DNA of 44,479 nucleotides from Candidatus Eiseniibacteriota bacterium (GTDB taxonomy: Bacteria > Eisenbacteria > RBG-16-71-46). The stretch's first letter is position 1; each line of letters begins with the position of its first letter. The notes below the pieces were generated by a model. The model was given only the letters and a program-made list of their open reading frames with translations. It did no database searches and was not told the DNA's origin. Position numbers and translations under genes: made by a program. The stretch covers positions 1 through 44,479 of the forward strand of contig JANLWX010000066.1 of NCBI GenBank assembly GCA_031364845.1, read 5' to 3'. Positions 1 to 10,600 of this stretch are shown here, one piece after another.

Positions 1-21
1 CGACAGAGTCGGGGGAGCGGA

Positions 22-82
22 GCGCGACAGGAGGTCGCGCGCAGCGGGCGGCGCGGAGCGATCACCGCTCGAAGCCGCCCGC
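22..82. repeat. Two GC-rich hairpins (REP-like or terminator-like) downstream of the minus-strand operon
   Basis: GCGCGAC-aggag-GTCGCGC (22-40); GCGGGCGGC(44-52)...GCCGCCCGC(74-82) with an inner GAGCG/CGCTC stem; no U-tract. Confidence 0.4.
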
Positions 83-95
83 CTTCGCACTCTGC

Positions 96-130
96 CCACG
101 GCCTACGAACTACGGCCTACGAACTACGAA
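96..130. repeat. Heptamer tandem repeat, 5 copies of C(T/C)ACG(AA/GC)
   Basis: ccacggc ctacgaa ctacggc ctacgaa ctacgaa, read directly, just after the stop at 138. Confidence 0.85.
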
Positions 131-137
131 CGCGCTC

Positions 138-1733
138 CTACGTCCGCTGCTTCTTCTTCTCCGCGGCGGGGAACAGGACGTTGTTGAGGATCAGACGGTA
201 GCCGGGGGAGTGTTTGAAGCGGGAGAGTTCGGTGGGCGGATCGCCGACCATGTGCTGATAGTCCTCGGGATCGTGACCGCCGAGGAACGTGAAGGTGCCG
301 CGGCCGAATTGGCCGTGGAGGTACTTCACTTCGTCGGTGCCTTCGACTTCGCCTAGTGCCAGGATGCCGCTCTTGAGGCGTGCTTTGCGGAAGCCGGTGC
401 TCTGACCAAGGAACTCGGGGACGGCGTTCAGGTGGTTCTGGATCAACATGGTCGGGACCGGATCGTTCTTCGCCGAGAAGTCGAACAGCGTGAAGAACGT
501 GTTCGGGCCGCGCAGCGAGGCTTCCTGCGTGACGTCGATGTCCGAGAACTTGTAGACGAACGGGTCCAACTCGAGCCGGAAGTCCTTGAACGCGATCGTG
601 CGCGAGAAGTCGAGCTTGCGGTTCGCGAGCGGATCGGGCGGATCGCCGTCGTAGACGACGTCGGCGATATCGATGCCCTGGGATGCGAGCGCGATGTCGT
701 AGGTGTCGGTCGCCGAGCACATGCCGAACATGAATCCGCCGCGCGAGACGTAATCCTTGATCGTGAGTGCCACCGCCGCCTTCAACTGCGAGGGCTTGGC
801 GAAGCCGAGCTTGGTCGCCATCGCCTTCTGCACGCGCTCTTCCTCCTGATACCACGGGAAGTTGTGATAAGCCGCGTAGAACTTGCCGTGCTGCGCGGTG
901 AAGTCTTCGTGGTGCAGATGGAGCCAGTCGTACTTGGCAAGATCGCCGCGCACGACTTCCTCGTCCCACACGGTGGCATAGGCGATGTCGGCGTACTTGA
1001 GCGCCAGCGTCACGGCGTCGTCCCACGGCGGCGTGTTGGGCGGAATGTAGACGGCGACCTTGGGCGGCTTCTCGAGTGCGACGACTTCCATGTTGTTGTC
1101 TGCGATCTCCACCTTGATCGCGGCTTCGTCCGCGGTGCCGATCGGCTCGAGCGACACGCCGCGAATGTTCGCTTCGCGCGCGGTCTGCGGGTCGTCGGGC
1201 AGCAGGAACGATCCGCCACGATAGTTGAGCAGCCACTCGGCCTTGGCGCCGTGGCTCAGTACCCAGTACGTGAGCCCATAGGCCTTCAGATGATCGGTCT
1301 GGACGTCGTCCATCGGCACCAGCAGCTTCGCGTCGGCGATGGCCGGCATGAACGTCGTGGCGCCGGAGCCGAGCGCAAGCGCGAGCGCGATCGGCAGCGC
1401 CTCGAGCACCTCGGCGTGCGACCGCTCGCGGCGCGGAGTCGAAGGCGCTTCGGCGCCGGGCACCTCACGCTTGCGGCCGGGCGCGATCGGCGGCGGTGTT
1501 CCCCTTCCCGCACGGAACATCTTCACGCGTCCGCGCGAGAACAGCAGTGCGAGCCCTAGCGTCACGATCGCCGCGATCGCGATCGCCACGACGCCGGCGA
1601 TGGCGATCAATCCGCCGAGCGGCCCCATGCGCATCGGAGCGCCGGGCCGCATGGCCGGCCCGCGGGAGAACGGGTGCTGCCGGCCGAGGCGGCCGTGACC
1701 TCCGAGTAGCGGATTCGGACTGTGACCCTTCAT
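138..1733 (-). CDS. Conserved exported hypothetical protein (family often auto-labelled 'asparagine synthetase B'), class I glutamine-amidotransferase-like fold
   Basis: C-terminal part of the 1088-aa track ORF; start re-called at ATG 1733 (TGATG overlap with the upstream stop, GGAGG RBS at 1743-1739); mature region KLLVPMDDVQTDHLKAYG...WLLNYRGGSF...PWDDAVTL...HLHHEDF...GGFMFGMCSATD. Confidence 0.75.
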   Translation of the reverse strand: MKGHSPNPLLGGHGRLGRQHPFSRGPAMRPGAPMRMGPLGGLIAIAGVVAIAIAAIVTLGLALLFSRGRVKMFRAGRGTPPPIAPGRKREVPGAEAPSTPRRERSHAEVLEALPIALALALGSGATTFMPAIADAKLLVPMDDVQTDHLKAYGLTYWVLSHGAKAEWLLNYRGGSFLLPDDPQTAREANIRGVSLEPIGTADEAAIKVEIADNNMEVVALEKPPKVAVYIPPNTPPWDDAVTLALKYADIAYATVWDEEVVRGDLAKYDWLHLHHEDFTAQHGKFYAAYHNFPWYQEEERVQKAMATKLGFAKPSQLKAAVALTIKDYVSRGGFMFGMCSATDTYDIALASQGIDIADVVYDGDPPDPLANRKLDFSRTIAFKDFRLELDPFVYKFSDIDVTQEASLRGPNTFFTLFDFSAKNDPVPTMLIQNHLNAVPEFLGQSTGFRKARLKSGILALGEVEGTDEVKYLHGQFGRGTFTFLGGHDPEDYQHMVGDPPTELSRFKHSPGYRLILNNVLFPAAEKKKQRT

Positions 1734-3445
1734 CAGAACCTCCGATCGCGGCGCAATTGCTCGACGCGCCGGCGGACTTCGGCGGCGTTCCATGCACGCG
1801 GGTAGAGCGCGAGACATTCTTCGTACTGCGCGAGCGCTTTCGTGTCGTCCTTGAGCTTCACCCGGTAGAGATCGCCCGCCCGCTGGCGCGCGAGGGGCGC
1901 CAGCCGGTCGCCCGGCAGCGAGTCCGCGAGCGCCAGCAGAGGAGCGAGTGCCGCCTTCGCGTCGCCCGACGCTTCGCGGCGCGCGCTCAGTGCGATCGCG
2001 GCCTGCGCCCACAGCGGGCCGCGCGGCAGCCCATGATAGAGCGAATCCGCGATCGCGGCCGCCGCCGTGCCGTTGCCGCGCCAGTCTTCGTAGGCCAGCC
2101 GTCCGAAAGCCGGGAGTGCGCTCTTGGGCTGCGCGTCCTCGATCAGGTAGATGCGCTCGAGTGCCGCTCCCGCGAACGGACTCTGCGGTTGCTTCGACAC
2201 ATCCTGATATTTCGCGAGTGCCGAATCCGGCAGGCCTGAAAAGAACAGCGCCTCGGCGAAGCGATAGGTTCCTTCGTGCGACTCGCCGGCGGCCGTGAGC
2301 AGCGCGTCGAGCGCGCGCGCCGGAGGGCCTTCGCGCAGGTCGAGCAGCGCGCGTTCGAGCGACACCGTGTGGCGAAGGTTCGGATCGTCGCCGCGCGCGT
2401 TCAGCAGCGCGCGCGCGTCCTGGGTGAGTCCGGCCTTGCGCAATCCGCGCGATAGACCGACCAGGAGATCCGGATCCCATTGCGCCGGCGGCACGTCGGC
2501 GAGAGCCTTCTGCAGTCGCGGCGCGGCCGAAGCCTCGGCGTCGCGCTGGAGGGCGAGTTGCCACGCGCGCTTCGCACCGTGGACGCGCTCCGCAAGCACC
2601 TGGGCCTTGTCCTGCGCGAGCGCCACCAGCGCTTCGAGGGCGCCCGAACTGTCGCGCGCACCGCCGGTCGACAGCAGATCGTCGGCGAACATCGCGCGCC
2701 ACGATGGACGCCGCGGCGTGCGGTCGGCGGTCGCGAGCGCGCGCAGGGCGCCTTCGAGCGTTCCCTGATTCCATTCGACGCGCGCGAGTCCACGATGAAG
2801 ATCCGGCCGATCCGGGAAGCGCTCGGCCACCTTGCGCATCGCCTCGCGCACCGCGCGGGGATCGGTCGGCGCCAGCCGCAGCACGGTAGACGATGCCCAG
2901 TCGGCCTCGACCGGTGAGGCGGCCCACACTTCGAGCGCCACCTGTGCAGCGTCCCGCGGCTGTTCGAGCCGCTCGAGCGCGGTCGACAGCTCGCGTCCGA
3001 GGAGCAGCGAGTCGCGCGCCGCGAGACGCTCGGTGCGTCCGAGCTTCTCGACCGCCGTCCAGTTCTCGAGATCGAGCCACGTCTGTGCGAGTTCCGTGAG
3101 CACGAGCGGATGATGCGGAACCTCGCGGTCGAGTGCCACGAGCACATCGCGCGCGCGCTCGTGCAGTCCGTTCGCGCGGAAGTTCTGGGCATCGCGGAAG
3201 CGTCCGAGTTGTTCGGGCGTGAGGCGCGCCGGCGCGCGGCGCGAACTGGGCGGATCGGCGGGCAGCCGCACGAACAACGGGCGAGCGTTCACCGTGCCGC
3301 CCGTGGGTGGTGGTGCGTTCTGGGCGAGCAGCGGAGCGCCGGCGGCGGGCTCGAGCACGGCATGCGATGACTGCGCCGATCCCGACCCCGGCAACGTCAC
3401 GCACGCCACCAGCATCAGCACCGCGTGAGTGCGGCGTCGAGTCAT
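1733..3445 (-). CDS. Exported tetratricopeptide-repeat protein
   Basis: Signal peptide; helical TPR-like repeats (e.g. AGDLYRVKLKDDTKALAQYEECLALYP); ATGA overlap with the upstream gene. Confidence 0.75.
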   Translation of the reverse strand: MTRRRTHAVLMLVACVTLPGSGSAQSSHAVLEPAAGAPLLAQNAPPPTGGTVNARPLFVRLPADPPSSRRAPARLTPEQLGRFRDAQNFRANGLHERARDVLVALDREVPHHPLVLTELAQTWLDLENWTAVEKLGRTERLAARDSLLLGRELSTALERLEQPRDAAQVALEVWAASPVEADWASSTVLRLAPTDPRAVREAMRKVAERFPDRPDLHRGLARVEWNQGTLEGALRALATADRTPRRPSWRAMFADDLLSTGGARDSSGALEALVALAQDKAQVLAERVHGAKRAWQLALQRDAEASAAPRLQKALADVPPAQWDPDLLVGLSRGLRKAGLTQDARALLNARGDDPNLRHTVSLERALLDLREGPPARALDALLTAAGESHEGTYRFAEALFFSGLPDSALAKYQDVSKQPQSPFAGAALERIYLIEDAQPKSALPAFGRLAYEDWRGNGTAAAAIADSLYHGLPRGPLWAQAAIALSARREASGDAKAALAPLLALADSLPGDRLAPLARQRAGDLYRVKLKDDTKALAQYEECLALYPRAWNAAEVRRRVEQLRRDRRF

Positions 3446-6400
3446 CGGCGCTGCTCGTTCAGCGACTTGAGATATGCCTCGATGAATGCGCGGTACTGCG
3501 CCGGATAGCGATCGGCGTCGGCTTTGAGCAGGTCCGAGCGCAGCCGGTCGCTCTCGCGCATCATGTCGGCCGGAATCTCGGGCGCCGAGCGCAGCACCGT
3601 CTCGTTTCCCGTGCGCGCTTCACGCTCGGGATCGAAGTCGCGACGGTTGACCGAACGCTGGGCGTCGAGCAGGCGCGAGAGGATGCGGGTCTGCTTCTCC
3701 TCGAGATCGCCGCTCGCCGTACCCTGGCGCAGCGCTTCCTCCACTTCCTTCATTTCGCGCGCGGTCGCATCGAGCCGGCCGAGCAGCTCGCGGCGCGACT
3801 GGTCGTCGCGCTGGATCTGCTCGAGTTGTTCGCGCAGCCGCGCCTGCTCCTGTCCCATGCGCTGCATCTCGTCGCGGTCACCCGCCGACAGCCGCATCTG
3901 CTCGCTCAGACGCTGGGCGATGCTCTTCGAGCGCTGATTGAGCTGCGACTGCTGCTGCCCGAGCGAGGACATGCGCTGGCTCATGCCGGGCTGCTCGCCC
4001 TGGCCCTGGCCCGGCTGCTTGCACATCGAGGCTTCGGACAGCCGCAGTTCGAGGATCGCCTCGTTGAGCGCCGTGCTGCCATCGCGGCCGAGCTGGTCGC
4101 CGCGCGAACGATTGCCCGAACCCAGATCCTTGCCCGACTGCGACAGCTGATTCATCGCCTTGCCGAGCGATTCGCTCAGCTTGGGGCTCAGGAACGGCGT
4201 GTTCTTGGCGATCACGCCGAGCGAGTCCGCAACGCGTGCCACGCCTTCGGACAGATCGGTCTGGCGGTTCGCGCGCTCGGCGTTCGGGCGGCTCGCATCG
4301 AGATTGCCTTCGCTTTCACGCTGCAGCGACACGAGGTCCTGTGCGGCGCGCCTTACCGCGGCGAGGTCCGCGCCGTCGTTCTGCTGCTGACGCTGGCTCG
4401 CCATCTTCTGCATCTGCTGTGCCGCGCGCTGCAGAGCCTGGCTCGCCTTCTGACCGCTGAGCTTCGCCTGGCCGCTCTGCATCTTCTGCGCGGAGTTCGC
4501 CGCTTCCTTCTGCGGTTCCGCCGCCTCCTGCTTCAACTCCTCGGCGGTCTGCGCGAGCTGGCTCTGCTGATCCTGCTGCTCCATCTTCTGCGCCATTTCC
4601 TTTGCGTCCTGCGCGAGTTGCTCACTCTCCTGTGCCGCCTTCTGCTGTTCCTCGGCTCGTTGCTGCGCTTCCTTTGCCTGCTGCTCCGCGGACTTGCTGT
4701 CCTTGCCGGACTTGCCTTCTTTTCCGTCCTTCGCGTCCTGCCCGTCCTTGGCGTCCTTCGACTCGCGATTCTCCGCCGACTCGTGCTCCTTGTTGAGCTG
4801 GTCCTGGTTCGCCTTCAGCTCTTCCGCGCGCTTCGCCAGCGATTCCAACCGCTCTTCCTCGCGCAGTTTCTTCAGGAGATCCAGCGTGCGCTGGAGATTC
4901 TGGAGCATCTCCTTGTTGTTCTGCTTCCAGTCCGGGAGCTGGTTCTCGAGCGCCTGCTTGTCGAGGTTCTCCATCGCCTGCTGCATGCGCTTCATCGCTT
5001 CGCGGAAATCCTTCGACTGCACCTGCTCCATCAGCTCGGCCATCTCCTTCAGCTTGCGCTCCAGCTCGTCGTTGAATGCGTCGCGCTCGCCCGCCTTCTC
5101 GAGGCTTTCGCGCAGGCCTTCCGTCGCCTGATCGAGCTGCTTCGCGAGATCCTGCTGGCGTTCGAGATTGCTCTTCAGCTCCTCGCTGCGCTCGAACGCC
5201 GGGGACGCGGTCTGCGAGCGCGGCTGCTGGCGGCTGAGTTTGTCGAGCGACTTCTGCAGCTCCTTCGCCTGATCGGCGACCTTCTCGAGCGTCTTCTGCA
5301 CACCGCCCTGGGTCTCGTCGATCTGCTCGTAGAGATCGGCGAGCGAGGGGAAGCGCAGCTCGAACGCCTGACTCTCGGCGCGATTGCGGCCGTCGTCGAA
5401 CAGCACGAAGCGGAACGTCGCCGTCTCGCCGGGCAGCAGCCCCAGCGCCGAAGCATCCCAGCGCGCGCGCACCTCGGCCTCGCGCGGGCGGCCCGCGAAG
5501 CGCGCGAGCGGCGTGGTGGTCCAGGGTGCGGTGGGATCCTTGCGGAATTCCAGCTTGAGCTCGGTGAGGCCGAGATCGTCCTGGCCGATCACTTCGAGGG
5601 GCAGTTGCTGGCCGTTCGGCAGATCGACATCGCCTTCGGGCGTCCGCACCGCGATCACCGGCGGAGCGTCGGCGAGCGGCTGGATCCGATAGCGGAAGCG
5701 TCCTTCACCCGCACTCGCCACCGCGTGGAGTTCGTATTCGCCATCGCGCTCGAGCACCACATCGCCTTCCCACCGGCGCGCGGTGAGCGGCTTCCACGCC
5801 GCCGCCCGTCCGCCCGGCAGCGTGGCATCCAGTGCGGTGAGGTCGCGGTCGAACGTCACCGCGACGCGCGCGCGGGTGCCGCGCAGTGCGGTGAGATCCC
5901 CGCGCAGCGCGGAGCCGCGCTGAGTGGGAAGCCGCGCATAGTCGGGGGCGCGGTATTCGACCTCGAAGCTCACGGGAACCGGTTCACCGGCAAGCGTGAT
6001 CTGGTACTTCGGACTCTCGGTCGAGGCCACGCGCACCTGATAGTCCTGAGCGCGGGTGAGCTGGGCGAGATCGAAGCGCCACACCCGCGTGGTACCCGCT
6101 TCGCCGTCGGCGACGCCTTCGAGCGGCTTCTGACCTTCGCGGATCAGGCGCGGGGCGCGGTCGCTGCCGCTGACGCGCGCAAACACGGTGAGCGAGGCCC
6201 CGGGCGTGACCTTCACCGAGCCCGGTTCGACCGCGAGCGCCACGGGTGCGGCCGCTGCGGTCGGATTCCACATCGACGCCCACGAGCGCTGAACCGCGCG
6301 GGGGGCGAGCAGCGAGGCGACGACCACGATCGCGAGCCCCGCGCCGAGCGCCAGCGCCGGCTTCCGCACCGCGAGCGGCGGCGCGAGAGTCTCGAGCGGA

Positions 6401-6825
6401 AGCCCTTCGAGCTTCACGACGGTTTCGCGCGTGACCGCTTCGGCGAGTTCGCGCGAGGTGCCGGCGGCCGCGGCATCGGTGCGCGGGCTTGCGAAGTCGA
6501 TGGCGTTGCGCAGCCATGAGCGCACGTCGGGGAAACGGGACTCGACACGCTCGAGGTAGGTGTCGAATTTGGGTGCCGCGGCTGCGAAGCGCGCGACCGC
6601 CCACGCGATCGCGGCGACGCACGCGACACCGAGCATGACGAGACGCGCCCAGGCTCCGGTTTCGCCGAGGCCGATCAAAGCGCCGAGAACGACCGCGATC
6701 GCGATCGCAACCGCACCCGCCGCTCCCGCGCGCACCCCGAGCCGCAGCGCCAGCGCGCGGCGCAGCGACTGATGGCGGCGCCCGAGCGAGTTGCGGATCG
6801 ATCCTTCGGGAACGTGCAGGCTCAT
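3442..6825 (-). CDS. DUF4175-like membrane-anchored protein with Ig-like domains and a long Q/E/K-rich coiled coil
   Basis: Three N-terminal TM helices, beta-rich middle (D.PP.I, DDLGL), coiled-coil C-terminal half, ending ILSRLLDAQRS...YP.QYR..IEAY. Confidence 0.75.
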   Translation of the reverse strand: MSLHVPEGSIRNSLGRRHQSLRRALALRLGVRAGAAGAVAIAIAVVLGALIGLGETGAWARLVMLGVACVAAIAWAVARFAAAAPKFDTYLERVESRFPDVRSWLRNAIDFASPRTDAAAAGTSRELAEAVTRETVVKLEGLPLETLAPPLAVRKPALALGAGLAIVVVASLLAPRAVQRSWASMWNPTAAAAPVALAVEPGSVKVTPGASLTVFARVSGSDRAPRLIREGQKPLEGVADGEAGTTRVWRFDLAQLTRAQDYQVRVASTESPKYQITLAGEPVPVSFEVEYRAPDYARLPTQRGSALRGDLTALRGTRARVAVTFDRDLTALDATLPGGRAAAWKPLTARRWEGDVVLERDGEYELHAVASAGEGRFRYRIQPLADAPPVIAVRTPEGDVDLPNGQQLPLEVIGQDDLGLTELKLEFRKDPTAPWTTTPLARFAGRPREAEVRARWDASALGLLPGETATFRFVLFDDGRNRAESQAFELRFPSLADLYEQIDETQGGVQKTLEKVADQAKELQKSLDKLSRQQPRSQTASPAFERSEELKSNLERQQDLAKQLDQATEGLRESLEKAGERDAFNDELERKLKEMAELMEQVQSKDFREAMKRMQQAMENLDKQALENQLPDWKQNNKEMLQNLQRTLDLLKKLREEERLESLAKRAEELKANQDQLNKEHESAENRESKDAKDGQDAKDGKEGKSGKDSKSAEQQAKEAQQRAEEQQKAAQESEQLAQDAKEMAQKMEQQDQQSQLAQTAEELKQEAAEPQKEAANSAQKMQSGQAKLSGQKASQALQRAAQQMQKMASQRQQQNDGADLAAVRRAAQDLVSLQRESEGNLDASRPNAERANRQTDLSEGVARVADSLGVIAKNTPFLSPKLSESLGKAMNQLSQSGKDLGSGNRSRGDQLGRDGSTALNEAILELRLSEASMCKQPGQGQGEQPGMSQRMSSLGQQQSQLNQRSKSIAQRLSEQMRLSAGDRDEMQRMGQEQARLREQLEQIQRDDQSRRELLGRLDATAREMKEVEEALRQGTASGDLEEKQTRILSRLLDAQRSVNRRDFDPEREARTGNETVLRSAPEIPADMMRESDRLRSDLLKADADRYPAQYRAFIEAYLKSLNEQRR

Positions 6826-6859
6826 GGGGTCCTCAGTGGATCGTGTCGGTCGGTTCCGG

Positions 6860-7546
6860 TCAGTGCGTGAGCGCGTAGTGGACGATGTTGAGACCCATCT
6901 TCACCGCCGATTCGCGTGTGGCGGGCGGATCGTGGTGGACCTCTTCGTCTTCGAGTCCGTCCCCGAGGTCGGTGTCGAACGTGTAGAGCACGGCGAGGCG
7001 GCCGTCGTGAACGATTCCGAAGGCTTTGGGCGGTCCGCCACTGTGCTCATGTATTTTCGGCAATCCACCGGGAAAGTCGTAATGCCCGTGAAAAATGGGA
7101 TGGGAAAACGGCAGTTCGATGAGTTTGGCCTCGGGGAACACGCGCTGGGCTTCGCGGCGGAACGAGGCGTCGATGCCGAAGTCGTCGTCGATCCACAGGA
7201 ACCCGCCAGTCGTGAGGTAGCGGCGCAGATTGGCGACCTCGGCCGCGGTGAACTTGATGTTGCCGTGCCCGCACGCGAACGCCATCGGGAACTGGAACAG
7301 GGCGGCCGAGCCCGGTTCGACGATCGCCTCCTGGTCGCCGGCGATCCGAATGCCGAGCCGGTCGCGGGCCGCGCGCATGAGATTTCGCAGCGACGTGCGG
7401 TCCTCGTACCAGTCGCCGCCGCCGCCGTATTTGAGCCGCGCGATGCCGAACTCGCGCGCGCCGGGCGGAACCACCTGCGCCATCGCGCAGACGGCGGAGC
7501 AGGCGAGCACGATCGAAAGGATGGCAGCCGGGCGAAAGGGCGACAT
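6860..7546 (-). CDS. DUF4159 domain protein (exported)
   Basis: IARLKYGGGGDWY, GHGNI.F, LRRYL..GGFLWIDD, LPKIHEH, DLGDG.ED motifs; start re-called at ATG 7546 before the signal peptide. Confidence 0.85.
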   Translation of the reverse strand: MSPFRPAAILSIVLACSAVCAMAQVVPPGAREFGIARLKYGGGGDWYEDRTSLRNLMRAARDRLGIRIAGDQEAIVEPGSAALFQFPMAFACGHGNIKFTAAEVANLRRYLTTGGFLWIDDDFGIDASFRREAQRVFPEAKLIELPFSHPIFHGHYDFPGGLPKIHEHSGGPPKAFGIVHDGRLAVLYTFDTDLGDGLEDEEVHHDPPATRESAVKMGLNIVHYALTH

Positions 7547-7669
7547 GAACACTCCTGGATGCAGCACGGCACAGACCGGGTCTGGACGATATCGAGGGGT
7601 GACCATTGTACACCGGCCGCTCGCGCATCGCGCCCGCGCTGGTCCGGCGCGTGACGGCGCTGGTTCCGG

Positions 7670-10600
7670 TCAGCGAACGATCGCGACCCGCCGCCTGAGC
7701 GTGATGTTCCCGGCCTGGACCTGCGCCAGATAGATCCCGGCCCGAGCCCGCCTGCCCGAACGGGTCACCCCGGGCCAGCGAAGGTCGACGGTTCCCGCCG
7801 GCCAGCGCCGCGGCGGAGCGCGCCAGACGAGCCGTCCCTGAATGTCGAATACCGAGAATTCGACGTCCGTCTCGGCCGGAAGGGCGAGCCGCAGATCGAC
7901 CGAACCCGCACTCGGGTTCGGTGCCGGCCGCGAAAGCTCGAGCACCCGCGGCAAGGACTCCTCGGTGCCGGTTACGCTGGCGCGCGTGACGAAAGAATCG
8001 AGCGGCGCGACGGATCGATTGCCCGCGGAATCGGTCGCGGTCACGCGAAACCGGTAGGCACGACCGGGCGTGAGCCCGGTCAGATTGATCTGGTGCGCGG
8101 TCGCAGTTGGAGTCTCGAGCACGACCGAGTCCGCAGGCGAAGCGGTGGGCGCCCACCATACGCGCCCGGTCGCGGGCTCGTCGGTCTGCCAGTGCAGGAG
8201 GGCGTGAACGTTGTAGGCCGCGAGGTCGGGCGGACTCGTGAACACCGGTGGCACGGCATCGGGACGCGCGCTCTCGGGCAACAGCAGAACTTCGCTCGTG
8301 CCGGACAGTCCGCCCGAATCGGTCACGCGCAGAACCAGCCGCCATGTCCCGCCCCCCTCGGGATCGGCGAGCACCCAGCGGTCGTCGCGGAGTTCGCTCG
8401 TGTAGACGCCGAGGTCCTCGTGGTCGCCGTGCAGCAGGTCGCCGCGCCATTCGTGATGGAGCGACTCGATGCCTTCCTCTCCGTCCGCGGACGTCGAGTG
8501 GAATGACACCGTGTCCCCTGCGGAATGGTACGTGGCAGATCCGGTCTCGAAGCCCGCGAGCGGCGACAGGTTCGGTCCGGCAACGAAGGTGCCTCCGCCG
8601 AAGTCCTCGATACGCGAGCCGGTGGCGCCGGCGAAATTCACACCCACTCGGCCTCCGCTGCCATGGAATGACCAGGTGCCGATCAAGACCGAGCCGAGAC
8701 TCGAACCGTTCTTGAACACCTCGACGGTCCCGTCGCGCCGCGCGCGCGCGCCGAAGCGGTCGCCGTTCGCAAAGCTCACCGATCCGAGCGTGCCGCGCAG
8801 TTTGGCGCCGACTCCGGGCTGCTGCGTGGCGACCTGAATCGTCGAGAGCGTTCCGTCGTAGCGCACTTCGATCCCGCCCTGCGCGATCGAATCGCCCTGC
8901 ACCTTCAGCATCAGGCAGTACCGCCGGCACGCGGGAACGATCGTCGCGAACGTGAAGTACGCCTCCTGATCCGGGCCGAAGGAGAGGCCGCTCCAGACCG
9001 AGGACGGCGAAGGCGCTCCGTTCTGGCTGAGCGCACTGTCGGCGATCACCAGCGACGTGACGTTTCCGACCCATGAGCCGCCGGCACCACCATCCGGGCG
9101 ATCGAATGTATCCAGCACCCGCGTCGTCGGAAATTCAGGATCGGTGCTCAGCGTGCGCGAAGCCCGGTTGTTCGCTTCGTCGGTTTCATGCACGGCGCCG
9201 AGCGAGTCGACCATGATTCCGAGCGCATGCGCGCCCGTCGCGATGGGTCCCACGTCGCGGACGATCAGCACACTGTCGAGCGCCGGGACCACGGTGTCGC
9301 CTTCGGCGATCACCGTTCCATCGAGCGCGACCGCCCATCTGCTGAGCGGCGCCGGCATGCGGCCGTGGTTGGCGATCTGGAAGCGCAGTTCGAGGTTCGC
9401 GCCGGCGCCGGGGAGCGTGGTCGTCAGGGAAGCAGGCTCGAGGTCGACCTCCGGATACAGTTCCACCGACGCGGTGTCGCTCGCGCCCCCTAAGTCGGTG
9501 ACCCGCAACAGGACGGCGAGGTGCGTGCCCGTGCCGTCGTCATGATCCTCGCCGACGTAGGAAGTCGAACGTTCGTCGGACGTGAACACGGCCGGATGCG
9601 TGTGGTTGTTGTGGTGCTGATCGACCTGCCACTGGAAGGCGAGGAGACTCGGATCGTCCTCGACGTCGGTGCCCGCCGCGGACAGTGTGATCGGTTCGCC
9701 GGCCACGAAGAACGAGCCTTCGCCGGGCCGGAGGATGATCGCCTGCGGAACGCGGTTGAGACCGAGGTCCGCGGTGCCGCCACGGAAGTCGTCGAGGCGC
9801 GACGTCTTGTTGTTCTCGAGCGCGAGGCCGATCCGCCCTCCGCCGCTCGCATACGGCCAGCCGTCGATCGAGAACGTTCCGACCACTTCCTCGTTGCGGT
9901 AGACCTCGACGATGGCGTTCGCATACGCGCGGGCGCCGAAGCGGTCACCCGGATCGAACGTGAACGGCTCGAGCACGCCGTGAGTGACCCAGCCGGAGTT
10001 GGGTGTATAGGTCGCGACCGAGAGACGCCGGTCCCCGTGGTGGTAGCGTACCTGCACGTTTCCGGCTTGCGGATCGTCGCCCTGCACTTTGAGCAGGAGC
10101 GTGTGATGCGGAGACGGCGTCAGCGCGTGCAGCGTGATGCTCGCTTCCTGCATCGGGCCGAACCAGCCTTCACGCCACACAGGAGTCGCTAGCCCCGCCG
10201 ACTGAACCAGCGCGCTGTCGCGGATCGAAACACCGTCCAGCACGCTCTCCCACGCGCTTCCGAGCGCGCCATTTGCGCGGTTGAAGGAGTCGAGCACAGG
10301 CGTGGTCGGAAACGGGGCGCCATTCGTGGCGACGATCCCGATCGTGTCGCGCAGTTCGTTGCCGAGATCGTCGTTCACCGTGAGCACCGCCTGGTAGAAC
10401 CCGGGCGCGGCATAGGTGTGCTCGGGATGTCCCTGATGGTCGCCGCTGCCGTCGCCGAAGCTCCACGTGAACGTGAGCGGCCGCCCGATCGGCGAGAACG
10501 AACCCGCGCTCGAAAAGCCTACGGTGAGCGGCGCCGTACCGACGCGGCGGTCGGCCGACATCGACACACCCGGTTCATTCGCGCCCGACCCGACGTAGCG

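Noticed and set aside
96..130. CRISPR array
   Set aside because: 7-bp tandem units with no spacers and no cas genes; no CRISPR, tRNA or rRNA was recognised anywhere in the window
1734..3404. N-terminal ~556 aa of the 1088-aa track ORF 138..3404
   Set aside because: Arg/Ala-rich off-frame read-through overlapping the TPR gene; RBS and coupling place the real start at 1733
3307..6519. 1070-aa plus-strand ORF
   Set aside because: Antisense shadow of the coiled-coil gene; the Leu-rich text mirrors CAG/GAG codons and has no motifs
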